NCBI GenBank assembly: GCA_028534125.1 | Contig: CM052817.1 | Span: 55,182,001 to 55,246,000 of the forward strand | Source: Lama glama | Taxonomy: Eukaryota | Length of the DNA stretch: 64,000 bases | Direction of reading: 5' to 3' | Shown here: positions 51,781 through 64,000 of the stretch, one piece after another | How the letters are laid out: every line of letters starts with the position of its first letter | Numbering within the stretch: the first letter of the stretch is position 1 | Notes under the pieces: model-generated | Database searches by the model: none | Seen by the model: only the letters and a program-made list of their open reading frames with translations | Told to the model about the DNA's origin: nothing | Made by a program: the position numbers and the translations under genes

Positions 51781-53979
51781 CCCATATGCCAGATTGGGAA
51801 CTCCTGCCGAGACAGTCAACACTCTAAAGGTATAGAAGTCAGGAGAGATAGTCTTTGTCCTGACTCTCACTATGGATCAAAGTGCTATTTTGCTGAGAAC
51901 ACCAAGCCCATCATGCCTTGGAAAGGCATTATCTACTGGAATTTGCAGTGGGATGTCCCACCAGAATGAGTTACTTTGTACCCTTGGGTAAGGGAGAACT
52001 ACTCAGTCTCCACTGCTGCAAGCTGGACCTGTTGAAATGCACTCTACCTGGAATGGAACCTGTGCCATTGAAAGCAGGGAGGATGTGGGAGTCCTGGTCT
52101 GGCATATTTTACTCCTGGTCCGTCTCCTCAAGCCTATCAGTGAGCCTTCCCCAGCGGCCAACATGTACGGTACCCACAACCAGGTCAAATTTCTAAAACT
52201 GCAGTCCCATTAACACCTAAGGATCAGGCCACAAGTGTAGCCAGACAGCTGCCAAATGAACCACCTCAATTGTAATGAAACCCCTTGCTGAATTCTCAGG
52301 GCACATTTTCGAAGAAGGAGACATATAAGATTGTAAGAACCGGCCATGAGGGGTGAAGTGTTGAAGGTCATCGTAAGAACATGACCAGCAGTTAACCTGT
52401 GAGCTGGACCTGGGCAACAAGAGGTTCTTCACCACATCCCCAGTTCTTGGAATGTATATTCCACTCATTGTTCCTGCCCTAGGAGCCACTTCAAGGATGC
52501 AGCCTTGAAAAAGCAATATGTTATTGAAACCATCTGTACTATAAGTGTGACTGAGCTCAGTTAAGTAAACTCTTAAGATTTATCCAGCAGGTGCGGAGAT
52601 CTAGTTGTCTTGATGCTGCCCAAGACAAGCTTCCTATGAAAGTTTCCTTCCTCATTAAACTTCCACCTACCAATCTGGAGGAGTCTGCCTCTTTCCTCTG
52701 TTTCTCTTTGCCTACCCTCTGTATATGGGTCAGTTTCAGATTTCACAAGGAAAACTCTCCAGGCAGCAAATCAATACTATGTAATATGCATTTTTCACTG
52801 GGGACAAGAGTAAAATATATTTTGTTATCCTGAGAAATTGTCCTCTAATATTTTAAAAGGTACTCTGAGAGCAAACGATAAAATCCCAGGGAAGTGAGTT
52901 GACTGTAAAATTTATGCCATGCATTTTTTAATAGTACTTTTTTCTACCCTGTTTTTTTTATAGTAAGTATTCCTCTTATTTCTCTCACTGAATGACTAGG
53001 AGTACTCATTACAATTTTTTCTCTCTTGATGAAATTTCAGATTGTAAAAATCTAACAATTAAGAAATACTTCATTAATTGATTGAATTAATACAACAAAA
53101 GAATCCAACATAGGAAATTCCTTGTCAGTACTGCTTCTAGTAACATCTTTGAAATCTTTTTCTATCTCATTAGAAGCACATTATTTCCTATGGACTCCCC
53201 TTTTTGTTACCTTACAGTGATTTTTCCATCAAGAGTAATAAAGGAATAATATGGAATGCCATTATCAATTATTAGACACTTAATTACTAAGTTGACAAAG
53301 TTGGAAACTACCATTATATTTTTAAAATGAGAAGTCTGGTCTAATATTTATTGTGGAGTTCACTATTTCAAATGAAATATGCTTTTTATGTATTAGCTAG
53401 AGGATATTTTCATTTAAAAAATTGTAATGTGGATTTTTACATTTTTCATTCCTACTATTATTATTTAAAATTCTTGAAAATTTTACTGAAATTTACTGCT
53501 GTAGGAAACATTAAGAATATTCAGACTCTGGACGACAATTATTTTGTCCAATAAATTCACCATAAATTAAAAGAGTGCTAATGAAATACATAAATTTTCC
53601 TATTAGGAAAAAACAATAACAAGGCTGAGTGGGTGATAATGATTTTTAATGATGCTATCTGGAAGAGTTATGAGAGCTGAGGGCTAAATTCCTCATATGT
53701 TATTTGTAAATACTCTACAGTTTTATTCACTATGGGCAAATATAATTTGTCAATCTACTGCTCAAATACGCATTTTATTTTGTCTCTATCTTGTATCAAG
53801 AACACAAAATGGTTTTAGGTTTAACATATGAAAAACCCTTGATAAAGGATTCCAGCGGTTATATTTAAGAGTGTAATTGATAAAGTCTTCTGAGGCAGAA
53901 GGCATTATTCTGTTTAATATTTCTGACTTGAATATAATAAAGTCGAAAGAGAAATAAAGATTATTTAGTTTAACCAACT

Positions 53980-54115
53980 TATTTCACAGATAAGAAAGCT
54001 GTAAGCTGAGACTTACAGAGGCTAGTTTATCTGAAAAAAGTTATAAAGCTAGCTATTGGCAAAATTACAGCCAAAACTGAAGTTTTCTGACTCCCAGTCT
54101 ACTATTCTGTTCACT
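53980..54115 (-). mobile_element. MIR fragment
   Basis: atttcacagataagaaagctg...ttctgactcccagtctactattctgttcactat. Confidence 0.6.
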
Positions 54116-54424
54116 ATTTCATGGGCCTGCATGTATAATAAAAACATAATATTAATTTTTTAAAATCTGCTAATAAGACATTTTCTTTTAAGCTTATATT
54201 AAGATAATAGTTTATATGAGTTTATAGTATATAAATAGTTTATTTATATAATGTTATAGATTTGTACATTACCACATACAGGAAGTACAATCAGATACTT
54301 GCCATTCTCAAGTAAATTTCCTGGTTAATGTTAAGTGAGTACTTGAAAAATCAGTAAAAGTGAAATAAAAAAGAGTGAAAATGTATGTTCTCTGATTCTT
54401 GAAAAAGAAACCAAATACCCCTTT

Positions 54425-55400
54425 AGAATTTATTGAGGACATAATATGAAGCAAGAACTGTACAAGGCACAGAACAATCAAGCCAGAGATGTAAGTGAGT
54501 TTTATATCATAAGTGGTTTTGTTTTACACCAGGAAAATTAAAGTTTTCCTGAAAAGTATGAGGTGCTATTTTCTGTAGAAGCTACAATGAGGGATAGCAC
54601 TGTGTTTTATGTAGATTATTCAGACACATGCAGGATGAAATTAAAGGCAAGAAAATAAGTGGGGTTATCAATCAAAAAATTAACATGAAAGTTTATAAAG
54701 TAGTCATACAATGGACAATGCAATAACAGTGGAAATGGAGAGAAAGAAAAGGGTCAAAGAAATAGTAAACAAATAAAATGCTAGGCTTTGATAACTAAAG
54801 GAGAAACTGAGAAGGAAAATTAATCAAAGATGAATCCTTTCTTTAATTTTTATTGAAGTATTTTCGGTTTACAATATTGCATCAATTTCTGGTGTTACAG
54901 CATAATGTTTCAGTCATACATACACATACATATATTTGTTTTCATACTCTTTTTCATTATAGGTTACCACATGATATTGAATATAGTTCCCTGTGCTATA
55001 CAGTAGAAACTTGTAAGGACGAATCCTTGATGTCTGGCTTTAGCTGTGTGAATCATAGTACATTTAGAAAGAGAGAAAATTAAGAACAATTAAGAAAAAT
55101 TGAATGTAAAAATGGAGACACTGAGTTTGAGATATCTGTGAGTCAGTCAAGTGATGATAACATGAGGGTGGAATTTAGAAATATGGATCTAGATAAATAA
55201 AATGTTAAAATCATCATTGTATAAATGATAGCAGAAGTCTTGAGGTAGATGAGATAGCTGAAGATTTGGATAGAAACCTTGAAGAACCTAAAGCTGAGGA
55301 TGAAGCTCTGCTCTACATTTACTTTTAAGGGTCAGGTGGAGGAATGGGAACTTGAAAATGAAATAGGAAGTAATTGAAATGGGATAAAAGCAAGGGAGAA
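54425..55400 (-). mobile_element. Degraded L2, interrupted by an L1 stub
   Basis: atttattgaggaca...; gcaataacagtggaaatggagagaaag; gagtttgagatatctgtgag. Confidence 0.55.
54840..55014 (-). mobile_element. Young L1 3' stub (about 175 bp)
   Basis: tttattgaagta...atattgaatatagttccctgtgctatacagtag. 14-bp TSD aaagatgaatcctt (54826-54839) / aaggacgaatcctt (55015-55028), 2 mismatches. Confidence 0.9.
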
Positions 55401-55714
55401 CAGAGATAAAAGCACACTCCAAACAATAGTTGGAACTCAGTGTTCCTCTTTACTAATATATTTCCATTAAGGATGAGTCTACTTAAAGGGCAATGTTATT
55501 TTTCTGCATAAGACATGGGAATGGTCTCCATTTTGGGATTTGTTTCTTTGATTTTTCTTTTATTTTCCAGGAATATGTTCTTAGGACCAAAATGTTATCT
55601 TTATCCAGAAGGGTCTGGAGTATACAATACCCAGAGGAACTCTAGGCATCAAAACAAACCAGTCTCCACTCCCACTACCTCATCCCTGTCCCCATTAACT
55701 TCCATCAGCATTAC

Positions 55715-55860
55715 TTTCTCAGAATGTGATTTGTGGATCGCTTGCATCATAATTACCTAATTCAAATACCAGAATCAAAACAGAGTGAGTGGGTGGAGCC
55801 CCAGTAAACAAGTACCTTGGAAACAAGTACCCTTTATGTTTCATTACATTTAGACAATTG
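55715..55860. mobile_element. MER5-like hAT MITE remnant
   Basis: ttctcagaatgtgatttgtggatcgcttgcatcataattacct...cagaatc...gggtggagccccag. Confidence 0.45.
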
Positions 55861-55935
55861 ATTTACATGTGACATATCAACAAAAGCCCGAGAAAACAGG
55901 GCCATGAATTCCATGGTCTAAACCATGGTCTAAAC

Positions 55936-56548
55936 CTTTGCTGTTTAATATGGTGGCCAGTAGCCACTAATCATTTATAGCTATTGAGTTCTCAAACTAT
56001 TTCTGGTGCATGGAGAACAGAATTTGTAATTTTATATAATCATAATTAACTTAAAAAACTTATAGAGATACTATAAAATGTTTAAATATATTTGGAACAA
56101 CTTTGTTATGTGAACTTATTTTTTTCAACTATAAATTTTGTAAAATTTAAATAGATAAAATATTCCTAACAAAAATCTAGTGTCTGAATTGGTTAATTCA
56201 GCACTATGTGTGAGTAAACAGTGGATTTTGAAGATCTGATGTGAAAAATAATTTTCATATATTATTAACAGTCTTTATATTGATTACATATTAAAATGAT
56301 AATAGTTTGACTATATTGGGTCTAATGAAATATAAATATATAATATACAAAAATTATAAATATATATCACATAATATTTATTCAAATTAATTATATAATA
56401 TTTTTAAATATACTATATAAACACAAATAATAAACATAAATATATTAAATAAAATATATTACTAAAATAATTTTCCCTTTTTCTTTTTTCTGTTTTATAA
56501 ATAACAAATATTGCTTACATTATAGTTGTCCTGAGTACACCGGTATGA
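55936..56548. mobile_element. Charlie1-family hAT deletion derivative with an internal AT-rich expansion
   Basis: gctgtttaatatggtggccagtagccac end; tttggaacaactttgttatgtgaac...ttttcaactataaatttt transposase 3' remnant; tatattgattacatattaaaatgataata. Confidence 0.7.
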
Positions 56549-56562
56549 AGCAAAATAATATC

Positions 56563-56923
56563 ACATATTAGCTTTCTATATTTGCATAACAAATTATCAC
56601 ACAGTTCTTTGTCCTGAAGGCCTCTCCACAGGCAGTTGACAAAATGGCTTCTTGCTTCTTCATGGCCAGCAGAAAGAGTGACTTTAGTGTCTCTCTCAAC
56701 AAATGGAGATTCATATGCTATGATGCCAGGAGTGACATTTCTTTACTTTTGCTGTAAAATGTAAGCTAGTCATGGGAGAGAAATTCCCTGACCATTGCCA
56801 TGTTCTAGGGGTTAGGAGCAAGTCATAGAACCCAATCACACTCAGGAAGAGAGAGAATCACACAAAAGCAAGAGCACCAGGAAGTAGACATCCTCGGTGG
56901 TTTGTGCAGGGTTTGTCCGCCAC
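56563..56923 (-). mobile_element. MaLR LTR (MLT1E-like), internally deleted
   Basis: gcataacaaattatcac...atggcttcttgcttcttcatggccagc...ggttaggagcaagtcatag...tgtccgccaca. Confidence 0.75.
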
Positions 56924-59004
56924 ATATCTGTAGTGTCATTTCTCAGGTTAATGTCACTAGAGACCACATTGTTGGTTAGCATATAAAATTCCCTTGTTGC
57001 TCAATTTTTATGAGAGTAATTGAATTTAGGTTTAGCAATCCTCTTGGAACAACTCTGCATTATGCATAATCATAAATGTACATTGACGCTAAATATGTAG
57101 GAAAAAGTTTCCAGCTATTTCACTTGTTGATAGGATGACAGTCACTGAAAAAGACCATAATGATAAATATAAATATGTAAGAGGCTCTGAATTTAAAATA
57201 ATTCTTCTATTGAAAGAAAACTAAAGGCCATTTGTCTTAGGCAAAAGTAAGTTTTCTGAAATGATGGATACATTTAAGTTGTATTGCTTCTTGCTTTTAA
57301 CTCACCTTTTAGCTACTGTGAATTCATTTTAACAGAACCTTAGAAAACTTTTGGAGAAAAATTAATTTTGTTACTAAGAAACCATCTGTGTCCTAATCCT
57401 CTTTTGCTGATAGCCATTTTGTGCTAATATAAATTTCCTAAAAGCATAATTATATTGTTATAGAAGAACCATGCATAGTAAATAGAATGACTTTACATGG
57501 AACAATCAAGTGACTGTGACAGAAATGGCACTTGGTCAAATATCTGAGGATCCCCTGAGACTGGATACAGATTCCACAGGCTGAGGAGATAAATGGAATC
57601 ACAGGAGGAATGGGCTTTCCTCTCCTAGAAAACTAAGCTTACATAGAAAGATTTCACCAATTCCAAGGGTTTGTAGTTTAAGAGATTCTTGTCAGCTCGA
57701 GGAAGTATGGATCATTTGAGTATGCATACAAGACCATAGTAATTTATATTTCTGGTATCAGTAAATCTTACTCATGAGTACTGATGGGATGAAGGCTACT
57801 ATATTCTTGACATCTGGGATAGTGCTAGGCAGAGCAGAATACAAATAAGAGAGAGTGGCAGATAATTAAATGTAACTTATACAATCAACAGCTATGCCAG
57901 TAAGGTATTAATACAATATATATTAAGTGGAAAGTAGTATTCTTCATACTGCATAAAATTTCAGATAAATCTGTCTTAATTATATAATTCTCTAGTTGCT
58001 CTTTCTTATTATTGAATATCTTGACTCTAATTTATTTTAAATCATTTTTCTAAGTTATGAAACTTTAATAATTATTTGTATGTTGTACCTCTATGCAAAA
58101 TAAATTAATTAACTAGTAGATAATAGTATAAAATTTAATGAAAACAGAGTTTAATAAAAATTATTACTAATGTAAATTCAGGATACATTTAATTTGGGTC
58201 ATTAATCTCTGTGTATATATCAACATTTATTAAGAATAAAATATAGAATATTAAAAATAGGAGTGGAAAAATTACCACTATTATTGTAGTTCCTTTTTTA
58301 AGGGTTACTGTTTGTATGTGATGTATTTATAAAATGAATATCTGAAAGAGGACTCTTAGAGGAACACAGATATTTGAAAAAAATCAATTTACCTTTACTG
58401 TTATATTTACCAAGTGCTAAGAATATATAACTGAAGAACATAATTGAAGAATAATATGGAGACAATATGGAACAATAATATGAAGACTAATTATCTCCAT
58501 ATTATCCCTAAAGAACAATGGTACAGAAAAAAGAATAATAGACTATATTCTAACCGAGAATATATTACAAATTACTGCCCCACATTTCAAAGACATACTT
58601 TTTTAGTTCTTCTTGATGAGTTAAGATGAACAATTTCATAAGAGCTTCAAAACGTGCTCTAAGATAGCCAATTTGACAATGTAATACAAATGTTAAAATG
58701 CTTCTGAGGCTGGTGTTTGGAGAGGCTTATTAACAGACTACTCAGCAATAATACTTACTTTCTCAGCACTGGGAATAGGGCAGCATGGTTAATTTTACTC
58801 AATTAATGGTCAGTGTGTTCATTAGTGATTCAATATTATGTTGATAACAATGTTGGAGATGCCATTAAATCATATTTGCTTAGGAAAAGAATAATAAATA
58901 ATCTCACTACCTGAAATTATATTATATTACAGATATTATGCCATACAGTATTATTTTATTTTATGCCATTATAAATCATATTATAATATAGGCTTATTGT
59001 TTCT

Positions 59005-59358
59005 TTGAATTATTGCTGAGTAACTAACCATCCCCAAATTACGTTGTATGAAATGATGATCTTACTATTTTTCATAATCTGGTTTGTCAAGAATTTGAGC
59101 AGGGATTGGCTGGCTGGTTATGCCTTTACTCTCATGTCTGTTGTGTCAGAGTTCTTCCATATGGCGTGTCTATGTAGTTAGCTTGGGCCTCTTCACAACA
59201 TGATGCCCTTAAGTTAAATCAACTTCATATATGACAGCTGGATTCATAACCAAAAATGGTATCTTGGGTTCTTAAAGGCTAGGCCTGGAAAAGGCATGGT
59301 ATCACTTCTGTTGTACTCTGTTGGCCAGAAGGAGTCAAAAGTTAGCCCAAATTCAAGT
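59005..59358 (-). mobile_element. MaLR LTR (MLT1H-like), partial
   Basis: ttattgctgagtaactaaccatccccaaa...gttagcttgggcctcttcacaacatg...tatcacttctgttgtactctgttggcca. Confidence 0.7.
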
Positions 59359-59449
59359 GCTTCAATCTTACTAAAAAAAGATTAAATTTCTGTCTTACTG
59401 CATCCTCTTCTGTCTTCTCTTTTCTCACCAGACTCTGAAATAGGCATCT

Positions 59450-59860
59450 TTTTATTGTTTCTTCAAAATAAAAGTTTTGCCATTTAGGACTTTCATAATT
59501 TTTTCCTTTTTTTGTTTAGATTGCTTCTGTGTAGCAACCACATAAAAGTTGCTAGTCCCTTATCTTTCAAAACCCAGCAAAAATGTCATCTGTAGAATGC
59601 AATCTTTGACCATCTGATTTTAGCAGCTATCCCATTCAGTTCTTCATTAGTCTTTGCATAATTTTCTTCATTATTTATAATTATGTCCATATATGTACAT
59701 ACAAATATGCTGTATCTAGTTATTTGTCCAGTTACTCATTGTTCATGGCCTGTCTTCTCAATAAGAAGATAAATTTCACAAGGTAACAGCAAGTAGTTTT
59801 TTGTTTACAGCATAAATGGCCTACTGATGTTTGCTTAGTAAATGTTTGTTGAATCAAGAA
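59450..59860 (+). mobile_element. L2 3' region
   Basis: ctttcaaaacccagcaaaaatgtcatc...gcttagtaaatgtttgttgaatc. Confidence 0.5.
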
Positions 59861-61179
59861 ATGACAAGAAAACATCTTGATGATTTAATGTTAAATAAAA
59901 AAGGAGACAACAAAACCATGTGTGGGGTGACATTGTGTATGTGCGTGTGTGTGTGTGGAGAAGTCTTAAATAATGGAATAAGATTCACTGAATGTTATTT
60001 TTACTTTTTATCTTTGAGTGGTGGTGTTACTGGTGAATGTATTTTATTTCTATTTTTCTATTAAAATACGTAAATACAGACACATACAAAATGTATTATA
60101 TAATAACAATTTAAGAAACATAAACTTATTATTTTTCTCCTTAATATAGTTTTCTTAGAAGGTTTGAATTTTTGTCTCATTTACTCTCATACTTTTGATA
60201 TCTGTGTGGCAGATGAGTTGAATTCTAAATTCTTATGGCTTATTTTCACTGAAACCTTCTATTTTTCTATAGCATACATGTAACTCATGCTATGGTTTTA
60301 TGTACATTAAAGCTAATTTTTAGGTTTGATCAACATACTCATTTTCTTTGGGGAAGTCTTCAAGAAATTGTACAAACCATAGAGAAAATTAATACCCACA
60401 TTGCCCTTGGCATGACACTTTCTCCGTCTGCTATTTAGTAAAAATGGATCACATAAATGTTAAACTTGTTCTGTTCTGCTGATGGTGAAACTTAATGAAA
60501 GCCCCCATGCTATTAAGCTAAAGTTAAAAAAGGAGAGCTAAAGAAATTCCTCTATTGTAAGAGAAGTGTGAGCTTTGCAGAAAGTAAATTGGCTAGGAGA
60601 AATTCAATGAGGTGCCATCTAAAATGAGTAGATAAAGTAAAGGGTGTGCTTTGTAGAACCTGTGAGAAAGCAATTTAGATATTCTTGGTGATAGCTCAGA
60701 TGCCTGGATGCCTAGAAGTAATCTAAATCTGAAACTACTTGAAGGCTATTGAACAGGAACACTCTGTCTTGCATCATTTTTGTGTTTATCTTTGCTTGTT
60801 GATCAGCCATCACTGTTAACCTTTCATTATTTATTATATCATTCCATTTAAAAGAGTAGGCAAAGTCTTAAAACTCCAAAGTCCAAAGTAGCTTTCATGC
60901 ACAGAAAGTTTCTCTGTATGTGCAGAATTCATGAGCAGTGCTTAATTTGCCATTCTGTTCCAAATGGAACAGAAAACATTCTAACGAAATTAATTTCAAG
61001 TCTATATTCATATATGTTTTGACAGTAGTTATCTCTTTACTCTCCAAATAATCAAATTTCTACATCTAAATGAATCTTTGGTAGATTATAGATGGTTTGG
61101 TCTGTACATATATGATCTATACTCCCATACATTCTTAGTAAGTATGAATCCATAAGTTTTCCTCCTCATCTTTTTTTGT

Positions 61180-61350
61180 TATTTACTGTCAGCAGGAAGT
61201 CTGTTAAACCACTTATATGTATTATCTAATTTAATTCTTACAAGGCCCTAATGAGCTAGATACCATCAATCCTCTTTTAAAAGTGAGAAAGTGAGACTCA
61301 AAGATCACTGAACATGTTTAAACTTTGGACTAATAATGGGCAAAGTTGCT
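61180..61350 (-). mobile_element. MIR SINE
   Basis: tctaatttaattcttacaaggccctaatgag...tgagaaagtgagactcaaag. Confidence 0.65.
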
Positions 61351-61469
61351 ATTTGAATCTAGTTCTCCTTAGGCTAAAAGCCAAATGAGCTAATAATTTA
61401 AGTGTTAAAAGTAAAATAATAGATGTATTAGAATATAGATGATACTTTTTAATTTCAGGGTTAAAATGG

Positions 61470-62850
61470 CTTCCTAAAGTACAAGATGTAATGCAAGGAA
61501 ATGTATTGATGGATTTGCAAAAAATGATTCTATATGACTTGGCAATAAAAAATATTAGTAAACTACAAAAAAGTAGTGTCATATGTGATGAATAGCAACG
61601 TAATAAGCATATAAGGAACCAAAGTAATTAATGAAAAAAAATACTCAATAGAAATAGAAACAGAAACATGAATAAGACATTTGCAAAAGAAAAAATACAA
61701 ATGGAGTATTAATCTGTAACAAAATGTTGAAATTCCCAGTAATTAAATATGCAACCTGCTTTAAAATTGAAAAATCATTTTTAGCCTATGAGACGGGCAA
61801 ACGTCTGTGAAAGAAAGATACAGAGACTAAAACATTTATAAGAGAAATTTGCTTTCAAAGAACTGGAAAAAAAGTCCAGGCGTCAAAAGCACTGGTCATG
61901 AAATTAAAAACCAAAAAATAAAACAAACAAAAAAAAACAGTTATTGAGTTTTTTTAATGTACAGCAGGATGATCAAACTTACTGAATTTACGTTTTGCTA
62001 TGTTTGTGGTGAAAAAACAACCATTTTCTCACGTTGTCTTCATTATATCCGCAAAGGTAAGGTCTTATTTTCAGATGAAAGATGTCAAAAATAAAGGACA
62101 GAGTTTTTCTCATTAGGGAACCAACAAATTATAGAAAATACCAGAAACTATTTTGAGTTTGGAGCCTAGAACTAAACAAGGAGATCAAGTATTTATGGTT
62201 TATCCTTTAATGCAAAGTGTTTTGTTTCGTTTTGTTTTGTCTGTGGGACATAATGCACAGACTTTTCCTAATAGATTCAGGACTGTATCTATATTGTTTC
62301 CACAATTTAAACAATTGAAACAGGCTTGTGTTGTAAAAGATGTAGGAAAATGGGCAAAATCATGCATGGCTAATCCAAGAACAAATCAACACACTTCCCA
62401 TCTTAAAAGGAAATTTCTGAACTAATAATGCCTTTTAACCTAGGAATTACCTTCCAGAAGTATGTAATAAAGATTTGAACAAATGACTCACAATTTATAT
62501 ATCAAGACAGTCATATTGACATTGTCTATAGTATCCAAATATTGGATACAACTTCTACATCTCCCTCTTAATCAGATGGGTTAAGTAAGTTCTGGCATAT
62601 CCTTTAAACAGAAAAAAATTTACAGATTCATATGTATATGATTTCAATGCCTTTACAGGAAATTAATGAAGTTATCAAAACATGTTGATCACAGTTTTGA
62701 AAATATTTACATAATCAGTATAGATATGAAAGCTTGCACACCAAATGGTAACTATAATTAATATTGGATGATCCTTTTCTGACTAGTTTATATTGAACAT
62801 TGATTTATGTCTTGAACATAAATAAATGAAAAACCTATTCCAAAGATATT
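61470..62850 (+). mobile_element. Ancient L1 (L1ME-like) ORF2 end and 3' UTR, with a gap of about 500 bp at 61801-62303
   Basis: ctcaatagaaa...acatgaataagacatttgcaaaagaaaaaatacaaatgg; aatgccttttaacctaggaattacc; ggttaagtaagttctggcatatcc. Confidence 0.6.
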
Positions 62851-63599
62851 TCCTTAGAAGTGTGAAAATAGAATGAAATAACACAAGATTAGATTCTCTA
62901 AGCCTGCTAAAATTTAAGCTAAAATTTCATTTCCAGCAGTTTAAATAGTGAAACCTATATTTTCAGGTATTCCTTATTTTATTTGAATCCTTGTTTGAAG
63001 ATTTCAGAATGAATAAGAAAGCATCCTTTAAAGGTGAAATAATCTTTGCCAAAATGATTTTCTTTTAAGTAAAATGTAAAAGGCTTCAAATTTTCTTACG
63101 CTCCATAAAAGATGCTATTTTGGTTCTTGCCAGCCTAATAATAATAATAATAGTTTTTTTTAAGGTTTAGTTTCCTTTTTTTATGCTTACAGGGGAAATA
63201 GTGACTTGGCATGCAAAAATTGTAGGTTTCTGACAAACAATATCCTGCATTTACCATTAGAAGAAGAAAAGTGAACTTCAAGTGCCTAATAAGGACTTGA
63301 TAGAACAGTATTTTATTATAGCAGAAACATCCTGTGTGAGTCCGAGAGGATGGGCTCTCCTAATACCCTCTCAAGAATAATCATACGCTTTCACTCTGCT
63401 CTAACTCTGCAAATTCTTTCCTCTCCAGCTTTCCATGCATCTTTTTGTTGTTGCTTTTCTTCATTTAATCTAACAGTGCAAATAAATGCATTGTACCTTA
63501 ACATCCAAAATGGAGCACATTTTCTCTATAAAAATATTAAAGTATATTTTTGTCCTTGATTTTCCATATTAGGTGCCTGAAACCACATATACTCTCCAA

Positions 63600-64000
63600 A
63601 AAAGAAACAAATTATGTTTCAGAACATTGTTAGTGATGGGTAGCTAAGATTAATATGGTTTCCGACCTCTAATTCTTCAAATCTGCTACTTCTTTTGTAT
63701 TTTCTATAATAGTCAGTGTTGACATAATACATCCAGTTGTCTGAACTAGAAAGATTGGAGTGACCCTTGATGTAAGCCTACCTCATTCCCCAAGAAGGTC
63801 ATCAAAAACTTTACCATTAGATTTCCGTCTATTTCAACTGTCTTGTCCTTAGTTGAGATGCTCTTAATTTCACACTGAACTACTATAATAATATCCTAAG
63901 TCATGTGTATGTATCTGCATATATGTGTATATATACTATTTATTTTTCAAATATGTAAATCTGATATTGTCACCTCCCTATTTAAAAACCTGTATCATTC
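63600..64000 (+). mobile_element. L2 fragment running off the window edge
   Basis: catccagttgtctgaactagaaagattggagtgacccttga...aaatctgatattgtcacctccctatttaaaaacc. Confidence 0.6.

Larger units (their letters stand above)
49619..52776 (+). mobile_element. Internally deleted ERV-L (class III) provirus: partial 5' LTR, gag stub, pol 3' half, PPT, 3' LTR
   Basis: Homologous LTRs at 49619-about 49930 and 52359-52776; PPT gaggggtgaag at 52348-52358; 5-bp TSD CTATG at 49614-49618 and 52777-52781. Confidence 0.9.

Noticed and set aside
5871..55936. Short tandem duplications (5871 gatttgtattgat x2; 28557 gagaaaaaaagc-tat x2; 38886 degenerate unit of about 26 bp; 55911 ccatggtctaaa x2) as arrays or CRISPR-like repeats
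   Set aside because: Only two or three adjacent copies without spacers; ordinary slippage duplications in a mammalian genome.
57715..57850. Ras/Rab-like peptide YILDIWDSARQ (compare LDILDTAGQ) with upstream EYAYKT
   Set aside because: The DxxG glycine is absent, the spacing is wrong, I found no P-loop or NKxD motif, and stops lie close by on both sides. Likely chance; TBLASTN with Ras-family proteins would settle it.
61958..62095. Short ORF containing FCYVCGE, resembling a transposase zinc-binding motif
   Set aside because: Only 45 codons, with no further motif and no terminal inverted repeats.
364..63559. ORF-track ORFs as protein-coding genes
   Set aside because: All are 154 aa or shorter, many start at non-ATG codons, have low-complexity F/L/I/Y-rich translations or lie in repeats. 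Only L1 ORF2 and ERV gag/pol remnants resemble known proteins.

Overview
AT-rich mammalian genomic DNA, most likely camelid (alpaca, llama or camel): it carries a tRNA-derived Vic-1-type SINE and young artiodactyl-type L1 3' ends. I find no supportable protein-coding gene. The listed ORFs are chance ORFs or decayed L1/ERV frames. Much of the window is transposable-element debris: old L1M, L2 and MIR, MaLR/ERVL LTRs, hAT DNA transposons, a nest of five ERV1-type solo LTRs (43.8-46.6 kb), and an internally deleted two-LTR ERV-L provirus with an intact 5-bp TSD (49619-52776). A small CpG-enriched element at 20.3-20.8 kb looks like a promoter and first exon of a minus-strand transcript running out of the left edge; I cannot name the gene. 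The most unusual structure is an 82-bp-arm, 78/82 inverted repeat at 39613-39807, built by a template-switch-like rearrangement inside a young L1 stub. I see no evidence for a new multi-gene system. Repeat subfamily names come from my recollection of consensus sequences and need RepeatMasker/Dfam confirmation.
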